Assembly (NCBI RefSeq): GCF_018350175.1
Contig: NC_058382.1
Location: forward strand, 48,796,001-48,860,000
DNA: 64,000 bases
Direction: 5' to 3'
DNA from: Felis catus
Lineage: Eukaryota
The position numbers and the translations under genes were made by a program. This document shows positions 11,399 through 24,260 of this stretch, piece after piece. The notes under the pieces were generated by a model. That model worked only from the letters and a program-made list of their open reading frames with translations, was not told where the DNA came from and did not search any database. How positions within the stretch are numbered: the first letter of the stretch is position 1; every line of letters starts with the position of its first letter.

Positions 11399-14300
11399 GG
11401 GGCGCCTGGGTGGCTCAGTTGGTTAAGTGTCTGCCTCTCAATTTCGATTTCGGCTGAGATCATAATCCCACAGGTGAGTTCAAGCCCCACATTGGGGTCC
11501 ACGCTGACAGTATGGGGCCTGCTTGGGATTCTATCTTTCCCTCTCTCTGTGTCCTCCCCTGAGCTCTGTCCTCTCTCTTTCAAAAATACGTAAACTTAAA
11601 AAAAAAAAAAAAGTATCATCTAAGTATTTCAACTTTGTTGTTAGTCACGAAACCCACACTGTATTCATGCAACACTAAGCAAATAAATTACAGCCTTCTT
11701 TCTTGTCTTATCAACCCCCTCCACTACAAGTTAGGTAAAAAAAAAGTTATTTATTATGATCAAAGAACACACTCATGTTCCTGATTTAAAATATTTCAGG
11801 AGGCGCCTGGGTGGCTCAGTCGGTTAAGCGTCCGACTTAGGCTCAGGTCATGATCTCACGGTTTGTGAGTTCAAACACCACATTGTCGGGCTCTGTGCTG
11901 ACAGCTCAGAGCCTGGAGCCTGCTTCAGATTCTGCGTCTCCCTCTCTCTCTGCCTCTGTCCTGCTCATACTCTGTCTCTGTCTCTCAAAAAGTGAATAAA
12001 CGTTAACAAAATTTTTTTTTAATTTATCAGAAACCTGAACACAGGTTTTTTATTGATTTTGGCCACTAGTCCTGGTCAATGCAAACTTGCTTATAAGTTG
12101 CAGATTAAAGTGCAAGCAGAACAGTAATTTATACATTCATAATGAAGTCTCCAATCTCATGGGAATTATTTTCCCATGTTCAAAGTGTTGGTAAGAGTAA
12201 GGGTGTGACACAGAAGTGGTATTATAAAGGTGTGTTGTCAGGTTCTAAGGAGTACCCCAAATCAAGCCCTAGACCCCAAGCCCTGTCCCCAACAAGATCC
12301 CTGAACTATGCAATCATTCATTATCCTTATAATGACCACCAGTGTTTCCTGAGGGCATTGAGAACCATGTCTTCCACCATTCTCCCTTCCCTCAACTGAC
12401 CCTGCTCATGGTCTTTGGAAGTCCACCCTCACACTGTAGGGATATTTATCTGATCTCTTTAGAAACCAGGTCGTCCAGAGAAAAATCAGACCAACATACT
12501 ACTGGAGGTGGACACCCTTTACCTGAAGGCTAAGAGGAATGTTGGTACCTAACAGAAGGTATTTCATACTAGAACTTATCCACTGATTAACCTCATTTTT
12601 AGGATGAATTCACAGGGATTCACAGAAGAAGACTACTCTTGGGATGGGCTGAAAAACACAAATAAAACAGTCCAGAGTCCCCAGTCCAACCAAGTTGATT
12701 AGAGTGGTCTCAAAGCCTGACTGATGAGAAAGAAAACAATAACCAAATCTAATGTACTATAATTTGACAAAGAGATATGGTAACAAAAGATGCTTAGGGG
12801 ATAGTCAGATCTATGAATTTGTCAGGATTTATTCAGCTGCATTCAAAGGTAAAACTACCTGCAGACTAGTATTCCTGTCTTGAGAGGTAACTCCATCATG
12901 GGAAAGAGGCAGGCCAATTGACTCCCATTCTCCTTCATTCTGAATTCATCTTCACCAAGGAACCTTCCAATTATTAATCATGCATCCAACAGAAGGCAGC
13001 GTCCCTGACCCTGGACACAGGCTTTCAGTTATGATAGAAGCATCCCTTCTGTATCCAAATTAACAGTAGTTCCTGCAGGCACCTGGGTGGCTCAGTTGAT
13101 TAAGCATCTAACTTCAGCTCAGGTCATGATCTCACAGTTCATAGGTTCAGGCCCTGCGTGGGATTCTGACAGCTCGGAGCCTGGAGCCTGCTTCAGATTC
13201 TGTGTCTCCCTCTCTCTCTGCCCTTCCCCCACTGGCACTCTGGCTCTCAAAAATAGATAAAAAAAGTGTTAAAAAAAAAAAAAAAAGAGTAGCTCCTGAA
13301 GGGTGGCCAACCTTCCATCAATCCCAGAGTCCCTGATCTGTGGAGGGGTGAACTCTCTGGCACTCAAAGACACTTCAGAAAGGCTTCAAGATCTACCTCT
13401 ATGACAATTCTAATCGCAAAAGGGTCAAATTATGTCTCCAAAAGATTCTTAGGGTTGCCTTTGGTTTTTGGTTTTGGCTGATCAGGGGAAGAGAGAGAAA
13501 GATATTAAACTGGTCATACAACCAAAAGAGGCAGCTAAGGAAGCCATTTGTGTTGGAAGAGATGACAGTAACAAATGAACCGGCATCAGGTCCTTTCTAC
13601 TAATTCAAACTCTCAGAATCTTTTATTAGGGCTGCTAAAATTGCATCCAAACTAAACTCCCTGACATACCCCTCTTTCCCCTCCAAAACCAATTTTGTAT
13701 GCAAGGAAGACTCTGAAGACACACCTTTGCTCACATAAGCGTAAACCAAACAAAAGTCCTGTGTGTAAATATAAGATCTTTGTCTTTGTGTTTTCTCTGT
13801 CCTCGTCTCTGTCATTTCCATTTACTACCTGTACACTTGAGAGCACAGCCATATGATAACCTAATACTATGAATTAGTTATTAAACTAAGACACACAAGA
13901 CTACATGGAAATTTAAAAAAAGGGGGGGGGGGTGGAGGAGGGTCTTCCCCAGCTATCAGGAAGCAATATTTTCACACATTTATTTACATCAGCCTTCTGA
14001 GAAGTAGAGTGGTTAAAACCAGATGCCAAGTATGTTTAGGTCTATATGTACAATATTCATAATATCACAGCTAGATTAGAGTCATAGGTTTAAAAAAAAT
14101 TTGAGGGGTGCCTGGGTGGCTCAGGTGGTTAAATGTCCGACTCTCAATTTTGGCTCAGGTCTGTGCCAAGTGTGGAGCCTGCTTGGGATTCTCTCTCCCT
14201 CTCTCTCTGCGCCCCCCTCCCCACACACTGCTCACACTCTCTCTCAAAATAATAAACATTAAAACAAATTTTAATTCTCAGTAACTATCTTTTAGAAAAG

Positions 14301-14619
14301 ATCTTGTGTGAAGCAGTGGATTTTAAATGCTACGGTGCCAGAACCTCATCCTTTGTAATACTCTGATTTCTTTGTGGATAATAGCCAGTTTTATTTATTG
14401 TTAACACTTTATTTTATTTTTTAATGTTTATTTATTTTGAGAGGGAGAGGGAGAGTGCGAGCCGGGAGGGGCAGAGAGAAAGAGGGAGAGAATCCCAAGC
14501 AGGTTCCACACTGTCAGCACAGAGCGTGACATGGGACTCAGTCTCATGAACCATGAGACTACGACCTGAGCCAAAATCAAAAGTCCGACACACAACCCAC
14601 AGAGCCACCCAGGTGCCCC
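11399..14619. mobile_element. Carnivore SINEs: ~11399-11612, 11799-12010, 13078-13286, 14105-14265 (+); 14407-14619 (-)
   Basis: GGGGCGCCTGGGTGGCTCAG-type head, (CT)n, A tails. Confidence 0.88.
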
Positions 14620-14696
14620 TATAATGAGTTTCATTGCTTGCCCTGATTCTTCTTCTGAAGTCCAATGCCACAATTCCAAATGTGAGATACACACTC

Positions 14697-15158
14697 TGCA
14701 GAAAACAGTTAACACAGTTAACAGTTGCCTATCCTTAGAAAAACCAGCTCGCAAGGTTGGCCCCTGGTTGGCCCCTGGGAACTTGGACTTCAGAAGGGTT
14801 CCCACCATTCCCAGAACTGCTGAGGGGTTTGCTATACCTAAATTGTAAAAACATGTGATTTACGTTAAACATCCGCTTTCCTTCTGTAAGTCTGGAATTT
14901 TGGTACGTGCTAAGCAGAGGGTGACTTTGTGACAACTCTCCAATAAGAACCCTAAGAACTGAGTCTCTAATGAGCTTCCCTGACAATACTTCACATGTGT
15001 TGTTACAATTAGCTGGTATAGGACTTTAATTAAGCTGTGTGTAAATCCACCAGGAGAGGTGTAATAAATCAGAGCTGAGAGTACAGTTATGTGTTGGGTC
15101 CTATGAGTTCTCCCAGGAAATCACTGAACCTAGACAATTCCTGGGGACTCACAACACA
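14697..15158 (+). mobile_element. LTR, MER21-like
   Basis: TG...CA ends; recalled MER21-type motifs (GCAAGGTTGGCCC, GAGTCTCTAATGAGCTTCCCTG); AATAAA ~15063. Confidence 0.75.
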
Positions 15159-16499
15159 GGTACTTACCAAGATGTCCTCCTTGTCTAAAATTCAGAGACC
15201 TCCAAATCAAATCTGCCCATCTTCCCTCTTCTCTAGTCCTGTTATTAGCATTTTACTAATACCACCTCTGGGATGCCGCCTGCAAACAACAACCTTTGCC
15301 TTTTTCCTAAATCCCGCACATTATATCGCCACAATTCTCTCTTAAATCCATCTCTTCATCGTCACTTCCACCACCCAACAACATATGCCCTTCTCTGGAC
15401 TATTACAGTAACTTCCACACTGACTGGCTTTCCTGTAGACATCACTAACATTCTATGTGTTCAATAAATCTTGCCAGCTCTCAGATCTAATCTTGTCAGT
15501 ATCCTGAAAAATCCCCAAACCGACTAAGAAAAGTCTCTCCTCTTGAAGTTCTCAGTTGAGGTTGCAAAGTACACTCTATATTTTCTGTACAGCTTCTATT
15601 ACAACCCATACACTTAAGCTGCAGCAAAAATCAGTTCTGATTCTTGCTCTCTAGACAAGTTCAGCACTTTTGTGCATTTTCTCCTGAAATGTTATTCAAC
15701 TCTATCTTACATGACTCATTCTCTATTATCCATTTGAAACTTCTCCACAAGCAATTTCTTATTCCCTATTCATAAACGTCCTCTCTCTTTTCAGACATCA
15801 CTTACCGCATTATTCTTACCATTTTCACAGCATTTCCCACATTCTCACCTTCCCAACTAGACTGTAAAGATTCATCCTGTATTCCACTGGATTTAGACCA
15901 CAATATTTGCTGACAAACTCACAATCTTCCCAAGGCAATCAAGGCTGACTGCAGAAGAAATGTTAACTTAAGCATTAAAAAGTTACATAAGACTTCCAGA
16001 CGACCAGACAAAACTATTAAAATCAATAGTGAATTATCACTAAACAAACCTACGGTTACATATAAGAACAGAAAGCCAGTTTACACTAATTACCTTACAA
16101 TTGAATAGATCTTCATTTATAAAAGAACCAGGATGTGAAACTAAATATTCCTTTTAAACATCAACGAAACAATTTGTAGTCCCTCCCGCCAACATTTGCA
16201 GTAGACTGAAACACGAAATCTAAACCTGAATCTGTTATCCTGCAAAAAGCTACCAAATGCCAGCCACGTTAAGAAAAATCCAAAAACAAACAAACAAACA
16301 AAAAAGGGTTTAGCACCGATTCATCCGGAAAACAGATCAAAGAGAGAATCAGCATCTAAATTTTCCTGTGTCTACAATCCCCAGTGAGGAAGTGCAATAC
16401 AAGGAAAGAAAACATACAGAGCGGGAACAAATTTGCTACAGGACAAAAAAGTCTTTAACTGGCCCAGATGAATAGAACAAGCTTGACACTGGTCTCTAT

Positions 16500-16965
16500 C
16501 GCCCTAGGCGCAAATCAGGGCCACGGGATTCACCGCCGCAAAGTCTAGGGAGGTGTGGGCCACAACCCTTCCCAACCCGGGCAGCTCCCGGGGCTCGAAT
16601 CAGGGTCGGCTCGGGCCCCTGCTACGTTCGCCCCGCGAGAGCTGAAGCCACTGACCGACTTGACAGCCGCTTCCTGCTCGTCCACTGCCAGGGCCCACGA
16701 GTCGGTGGCCATGATGCGGGGAGCAGGGAGGCTGACTTTGGAAAAAATTCACCGCACCGCGCGCCAACACCTGCCCGGAGTCCACTATCTCCGCAAGAAC
16801 CGCCCCCACGCGGACCGGAAGCGGCGGTGCCAAAAGTGACGTCAGTTCCCGCCCGGCGCAAGACGTCACTATTCTGCGCCGCGCCGGTCGTGCGCCGACG
16901 TGCGTCTCCTTCGGACTTTCCAGGAGCAGCCTCGTGCTTTCTTGAAATCCCTAATCTCTGCGAAG
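16500..16965 (-). promoter_or_regulatory. DDX19A: DDX19A CpG-island promoter
   Basis: CpG-dense; ETS ACCGGAAG 16814-16821; full CRE TGACGTCA 16837-16844; second CRE-like site 16861-16868. Confidence 0.85.
16656..16712 (-). CDS. DDX19A: DDX19A coding exon 1 (MATDSWALAVDEQEAAVKS)
   Basis: ATG at 16712-16710, 57 nt, donor GTCAGT; AAVKS matches the DDX19A-type N-terminus; lies in a CpG island. Confidence 0.95.
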
Positions 16966-17709
16966 TCAAACTCTTAGTCCTCATTTTATTGCCTTACTTC
17001 ACACTGAAGTAACCCAAGTTTTATTTTAAGCCCGTCACATGTCTCAGTGAATTCTAAAGCTTTACACAAAGGTAAGTCCCGTGAAGGTGCTGTAGATGCC
17101 AGTTTCTGCATGTTAACAATGCGATAACGTGTAAGAAAACAAAACGACAGCAATTGCCCTTGGACCCCCATAATTCAACCACTCCGAAAAATAAACACAA
17201 CAGTGTTTTCTTTTTCTTCTGGTTCCTTCCAGTCTTTGTATGCATCAAAGTACGGGTATTTTACATAGTCCTAAACAAAGCACATACGATTTTAAATTAG
17301 ACCTTTTTATTATAAAGTATTTTTTCATGTTGTAATTATTAACTTAATGGCATTATAATACTCCATCAAACTCCTATCACATAAATTACCTGACTCCCCT
17401 ACATCTTTCACCGTGGGGATATAGGTTATTTCCAATATTTTATCACTAATTCTCAGTGAGCATCAGCATACCACCAAAAATCATCTTCTTTGCTTCCATT
17501 TCGCTGTTTGTCTCCTGGCCGCTCGCAGAATATGAACTCTTCAAACAAGAGCAAAGATTTTATCTCTTAGTCACAATTTGTGAGCCTAGAAAAGTTTACG
17601 GCATGTAATAGCCTCTCAATAAATATTTTTTAATGTGTAGATGAATAGACTAATAGAGATTTTAGTTCAACATGTGTTAAGGACACATTTCTAATAGCAA
17701 CATTTATGT

Positions 17710-19150
17710 CAAAATATGTGAATGACTTGAACACTTGCAAGAGAGGAAACTAGTGGTCAGTAAGCATGTGAAAAAGAGCTTGAAATCATTGGTTATTAAG
17801 GAAAGGCAAATCATAATCACAATGAAATACCACTGCACGCTGCTAGAATCGCTAAAATTAAAGATTAATTTTCTATGTGTTGGTAAAAATGTGGAATGTT
17901 AAAGAAAAAAAAAGTTCAACAACATGGTAGAGATGGTAAGGCATAGAGGATAGGTATAGGGACTACTGCAGTGGGATTTTTCAGTGAGGGTGAGATACAG
18001 CATGAACAAGAGAAAATTTATAGCCGAGGACGGGGGAGGGAGGGTATGCATGGTCAGTGGACGGAAAATTACTACGAAGAAACATAAAGAGTAAGGGGAA
18101 TTCTGGTTAAATAACCTAACAGGATTCTTGCTGACAAAATGCCAGGATGATCAGACATCACGGGGGGGATGGTGCAAAGATGAAGACTCTATCAGACATC
18201 GAGGGTGACCAGATGCCACCTGTGGGGGTTTCTTGCTAAAACTGGATTTTGCCAAGAACTGCACAGGTTAAGTTTAGGAGAAGGTTCAAGAACCCGACTA
18301 AAGTCAAGCAAAGAAAGTTAGTCAAGAGCAACTGAAACCCTCATACGCTCCTACAGAAATTGTAAAATGGCACGATTGGTTTGCATGTTTGGCAATTTCT
18401 CAGGAAGTTAAACCTACACCTACTCTTTGACCCAGCACATCTCCCAGTTACTATCCAAGAGAAATGGAACATATATCCACAAAAAGACTTGTACACAAAT
18501 GTTTATAACAGACTTAGTCAAAATGGCCCCAAATTGGAAACAACCCAAATGTCCATCAACAGAAGAATGGTTAAACTATAGTATGTTTATTCAATGGACT
18601 GTTACACGACTCAGCAGTAAAAAGGAATAAACTACACATGATGAAGTAGATGAATTTTAGAGACATTGTGTTGAAGGAAAGATGTCAGACATGAGAGATG
18701 ATTGCTGTAGGATCCATTTATATGCAAGTCAACAATAGGAGAAATGAAATCTATAGTGAGAACAGTCAGAACAGTGGTTGCATCTGGAGCGGGGAAGGTT
18801 GAGCAGGACATGAGAACTTCCTGGGTAATAGAAATGTTCTGTATCTTGATTGGGGTTCTGGTTACATAGATACATAAATGTGTTAAAACTCATGGAATCG
18901 TATATTTAAAATGTCACTTCATTGTATATACATTATACTTTTCAATAACATTGATTTAAAAAACAAAAAAGGAATAAAGTACTGATAATACAACAACAGA
19001 AATGAGAGCTTTGCCATCCCATAGACATGTTGAGCAAATGAATCCAGACACAAAGTACATAGTACATGCCTCCATTTATTTAAGTTCAAAACAGGTATGT
19101 ATATCTAATCTATAGTGATAGAAATCAGAACAGTGGTTGCTGGGTTTGGG
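17710..19150 (+). mobile_element. Old L1M 3' fragments (split by the LTR)
   Basis: L1 ORF2-end/3'UTR motifs (AAATTGGAAACAACCCAAATGTCCATCAACAG). Confidence 0.75.
17897..18324 (-). mobile_element. LTR, MER31-like, inserted into an old L1
   Basis: TGTTAAAGAAAA...GTCA ends; recalled MER31-type motifs (CCTAACAGGATTCTTGCTGA); L1 sequence resumes on both sides. Confidence 0.7.
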
Positions 19151-20911
19151 GGCGTTAGAATGTTTTCTCAGCTCTTAACGATTCATTGAAACGGAGCATG
19201 CACATACTGTGCTACAGAAGTGAGAATGTCAAATGCCATATTGTCTTCCCAAGTGACTGATCTAATTCCCATCAACTATACCACCAATGAGTTGAGACAA
19301 ACTGCATTGTTAATGAGGAGCCACAACCATGGTGTAACTCTATGTTGGGCAGCACAACCCTGGGGGAGACTGCTAATATGTTTTCTGAGGAATAATGTTC
19401 CTTCTGTCCTACTATTTTAACAATTGCCTAAAGAAACAAATAGATTTTGAGGCACCCTTTCCTCAGGATTTTTTATCTCAAACATCTACACAGAAAACTC
19501 TCATGAGAAGCAAAAGGAGCAACACCATAAGACTTGTAAGTTCTTTGGAGGCAGAGGATCTTGCTTAGAGCCGTATTGAAGTCTGGGTGCCCACTGTCCT
19601 CTTTTGATTGCTATTTCGTTACAAAGTCTGCTGCTCTAGCATTGGGAGGGTGATTCCTACATTGCTTCCACTGAGACACAATTCGTTGTGCTAAATATGG
19701 TCTGTAGGGGAATTGAAGTTAGAATTTTTGCTTGCATTGGATTTGTAGGGTGTTTACTGAAATTTTTCTTTAGTTTACCACCCATATCTATTGGAAGGCT
19801 GGTGGGCATTTGTTTAGTCCAGGTGAGTGCTCTTAGGGAGGTCTAGGCTGAGGCTCCAGCTGGAACAATGAAATCAGCCAGGCTGTTTTAGAGCACTTCT
19901 GGGCAACAGGGCTATCTCTTTCCCTTCAGTTAGCATTTATATTCCAAAAGGAGAATATATTATATTCTTCCAGGAAGAAGCCACTGAGAATCCCACTCTT
20001 CTCCAGACCAGAGACCAATAGGAAGGGCACATTGTTCTGAAGCTGTGGACTATACAGCCTCCTGCCCTGAGTCAGATTCAACTAGACTGGGCAATGATAA
20101 CATAATGCATTAACATTTTTTTAAATGCATCCTACAACAATCTACTTGAAACAGCTAAGTAAATTCTCACATTACTATTGTTATCGCCATTTGACAAGTA
20201 AGGAAATAGAGGTGCAGGGTAGTCAACTTTTTCAAGATATATGGCCTAGTAAGTGGCAAATCTAGGATTTAAATTCAGGGCAACCCAATTTCAGAAAGCA
20301 CTGGGCAAAAAAACCAAAAACTAAGGGCAGAGTGCAGGGCCAGCATTCCTGGGACCCCTTCCTGGGGGTACTTTCTAACTGGCCTTTTGGGCCTGGGTGA
20401 GCTTGAACTGTATCTTACATGGAATTGCCTGATCACATGATTATTTTGATTTCATCACTAAACAGTGAGTCCTGTGGGCAGGGACCTTATCTGCTTTGCT
20501 CACCGGTGGTTCTCCAGCATCTCACCCAGAGCAAGGGCACAGTAAACAGTTGTTGAATTAGGTAGCGAATGAATCAGTGAATGAACTGGTGATCAATAAG
20601 TAACCATCTCTCATGGACACACCTGCCTCTGTGGCATCATCATTTGTTCTGAGTGAATGGGTGCAGGGATGTTCCCTGCTTGTGCCTGCGGTGGGGGTAA
20701 GCCTGATAGGATGGTGGCTCTGCCCTGGGAACTTCTCCTTTTCTTTCTGCATGTGGGAAGCAAGGGAGGGGAATGGGAGGAGGGATGCTAGAAGGATTCA
20801 GAAAATAACAGGAATAATGGCAGGAGCCAGACTAAGTCTGTATTTGGCCCATAAAAGTCTGATGACTATAATAACAAAAAATATGAATGAAAAAATGGGG
20901 ATAATTTAAAA

Positions 20912-21745
20912 TTTTTTAATGTTTTTATTTATTTTTGAAGGAGAGGGAGAGCATGAGCGGGGGAGAAGTAGAGACAGAAGGAGACATAGAATTTGAAGCA
21001 GGCTTCAGGCTCTAAGCTGTCAGCACAGAGCCCGATGCAGGGCTCGAACTCACGAACTGTGAGATCATGACCTGAGCCAAAGTCGGACGCTTAACCGACT
21101 GAGCCACCCAGACGAAAATGGGGATAATTTTAAAAGAAAATATGTCAAACATATTCCATGTTTTCATTTGTTGACACATTAACAAAGCAGATTTCCCTGT
21201 AAAACACATCCTGCAGACAGCTAGGAATTCAGTGATTGAGTAAAACCACTTCCCACTCTTACTGTACTTAACTATGAGGGAGACAGGCGCTAAGCAAGCG
21301 GTCCCAAACTTAGACATATTTATATATGAGGCAAATACAGCCTAGCAGTTAAGAATGTGGCCCTGGAGCCAGACTGCCCAGGTGTGAGGACTGGCTTGCT
21401 ACTTCCTAGCTGTATGTGGTAGGGCAAATTCCTTAACCTCTCTGTTGTGTCTGTTCCTCATCTGTAAGGTAGGAACAATATTTGTTATGAAGAGTTAATA
21501 AGTTAATCCATGCAGACCTTTGTTCTTAAAGATTTTATTTGTTTGTTTATGGTAGGCTCCACACTCAGTATGGAGCCCAGTGTGGGGCTTGAACTCACAA
21601 CCCTGAGATCAAGACCTGAGCTGAGGTCACGAGTCAGATGCTTAACTGACTTAAAGGTTTTAAGTAATCTCTACCCCCAACATGGGGCCCAAACTCACAA
21701 CTCCAAGAGTCACACGCTCCACTGACTGAGCCAGCCAGGTGCCCC
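20912..21745 (-). mobile_element. Carnivore SINEs ~20912-21110 and 21525-21745, with a MIR fragment ~21335-21500
   Basis: SINE motifs; TSD AAAATGGGGATAATTT; MIR core CCTCATCTGTAA. Confidence 0.8.
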
Positions 21746-22789
21746 AGTTAATCCAAGTAGACCTTTAAAAGGTTACCTGACACAATGTTCATAAAACAAC
21801 TACAGGGCATGATGGAAGTTAATGACAGGGGAGTGAGGCATGCCTTCCTGGAGACATGGTTTTTACCACTGAAATAGAAAGGACCAGGAAGGGGCAGAAG
21901 AAAGGGAAGGATTGGGAGGGGAGTTCCAAGAAGTATAACCATGGCAGCGGATGCAACTGGTCACAGATTGTTGAGGGAGCAACTTGGGGCGGGGCAAGAT
22001 TCCCCCTCCAGGATCCTCTCCCCAAGCAGGATATCCCAGTCTCCTATGCTCTGAGGGGGGACTTCCAAGAGATCAGGAGTGGAACAGTACATTGGCCCCA
22101 GGCAGTGCCCCAGGGTAAAGCAAAAGGAGTGTCCTATGAGCTCCTTCCATATGGTTCCCTGGCTGCCTGCAGCATTGGAGGGCTCCTGTTTTTAGTTACC
22201 TTCTTTTTCCTCATGCTCATCTTAGCCGCAGTGCTGGAGGTGAAAACCTCTCCACCTCAGCCTTAAGTCCTAGCAGTATCTTTTCACTTTTGTTTTGGCT
22301 TTAAAGTGGGCTAGGGGAGGAAATATGATTTTGAGAAAGAGGGAATTTACAGGATCACCATCTTTTCTGAGACGTAGCCCAGCACAAGGGCAGATTTCAG
22401 TGATAGTGGAGCAGAAAGTATGAGGGAGAAAGTAAGACAAGTGAGGCAGATCGGGAGAGCCTAGTACAAATCATTTTACACAGTTTGGGCTTATCTTAAG
22501 AAATACGGAGTGTGTATGGGAGGGGATGATCTTAGGCAGGAGAGTGGGCTCAGACTCAAGTATTGGATCATATTGGCTGCCATGTGACAAATGAACTGGA
22601 GGAAAACCCAACTGGAGGCAGGAGCACCTGCTGGGAAGTTGATTCGGTAGATATGACAATGGTGATCTAGACCAGGGTGAATTCAAGAAACACCAATTGA
22701 ACCATATGAAAGTGCCACTTTTATAGGTCGACAATGGTCAAACAGCGCATTTCATTTGGTTTAACATGATAGAAGCTAGAATGGATAGC

Positions 22790-23155
22790 CGTGGTGGATT
22801 AAAAATAGCCACAGATACTTCAAGCTCCTCCCATCAAGAGATCTTTATTTCCCCCCATCTCTGCACTGGCCTTGTGACTGAAGGATGTGACAGAAGTGCA
22901 CTGGGGAGTTCTGAGCCACGGCTTCAAGGGAACTCACAGCTTCTCCTCTCCTTTCTTGAAACCCAGACCACCTGCCATGCTATGATGGTGAAAGACTGTG
23001 GAGGGTCCCAGCTGTGTCAGCTGAGCCCAGACACCAGCCAGGGGCATGCAGCTGCATGAGTGAGCCTGGGAGAGACCAGCAGAGCTACCCAGACTAAGTT
23101 GTTTTGAGCCACTGTTTTGGGGCGATGTGTTACATAGCAATGGATGATAGATACA
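22790..23155 (+). mobile_element. MaLR (MLT1-like) LTR within L2-like sequence
   Basis: MLT1-type 3' end TTTTGAGCCACTGTTTTGGGG...GTTACATAGCAATGGAT...ATACA. Confidence 0.6.
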
Positions 23156-23949
23156 AAAGGACCTTGGGATTATTGGTTGGGGAGCAGGAAGATTCCTGAT
23201 GAATCCAGATTTCTGGCTTAAGCAATAGACAATTATAGTTCCATTTTGTGAGATCGTTAGAGGGAGAGCCAAAAGCAGAACATGAGTTTTTTGGAGTGAT
23301 AGTGTTTGGTGGTAGTACAAGATAATGGGTTCAACTTTGGATATGTTGAGTACGGGATTCCTTGAAGATATCCCAAGTGCAAGTGTCCTGTGGGCAGTTG
23401 TTTTTTGTAACCCTGGAGCTCACAAATTGGGTCTTGGTATAGATTTTGGAGTTGCCAGCAGAAAGCAAGCTAGAGAAGTGAACAAGATTGCCCACAGGAG
23501 AGAAAGAGGAAGAAATGACCCCAAACAGTCCTATGAGGAACAGTCACATATAAGAAGTAAATAAAAAAGGAGCCTAACCAGGAGACTGAGAAGTGACCAG
23601 AGTGAAGGAAGACCAGTGAGTGTGGTGTGTCACTTTAGTCACCAGAAGACTCGTTAAAAGAAGAGATTGTTATGGTGTTAAATGCTGTTGAGTCAGATAT
23701 AATTAAAAAGTGTTTTCTGAATTAGCAACATGTAGGTCATTGGTGCCCTTGGTGAAGGCTATTCCCAAGGGGCAGTGGAGGCAGAAGGTGGACTGCAGAG
23801 AGATAAGGAATGGGACTCAGTGGGTAGAAGCAACTCCTAGATTTTTGGCCACCAGGGAAAAATGTAAGGCTAGAAGATAAAGAATAGAGGGAGTTTGAAT
23901 TTAAATAGGAGATAGGTATAAACAATTGGAAATATCAAGAAGAGTTAAT

Positions 23950-24260
23950 AGATGAACCTTGAAGACATTGTGGTGAAATAAGCGAGTCCCAAAAAGCCAA
24001 ATACAGTATAACCCTGCTTACATGAAGTACTTAAGAACAGAATCCTAGAAACAGAAAGTAGAATGGTGGTTGTTAGGGGTTAGGGGCAGTGAGTCATGGG
24101 GAATTGTTTATTGGGTATGGTTTCAGTTTTGCAGGATCCAAAAGAATTATGGAGATAGGTGGTGCTGATGGTTGCACAACGTTATGAGTGTTGTAATACC
24201 ACTGTACAACTGAAAATAGTTCAGATGGTAAATTTTGTTAGGTGTATTTTACCACTCCAC
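23950..24260 (+). mobile_element. L1M 3'UTR fragment
   Basis: GATGAACCTTGAAGACATT...ACAGAAAGTAGAATGGTGGTTG motifs. Confidence 0.7.

Noticed and set aside
1867..16712. The left DDX19 copy as a pseudogene or duplicated assembly artefact
   Set aside because: All seven exons are open, in phase, with intact splice sites, paralogue-specific residues and distinct introns.
21856..22266. 136-aa ORF with a hydrophobic C-terminus
   Set aside because: No recognisable domain, promoter or splice context; lies among old repeat fragments.
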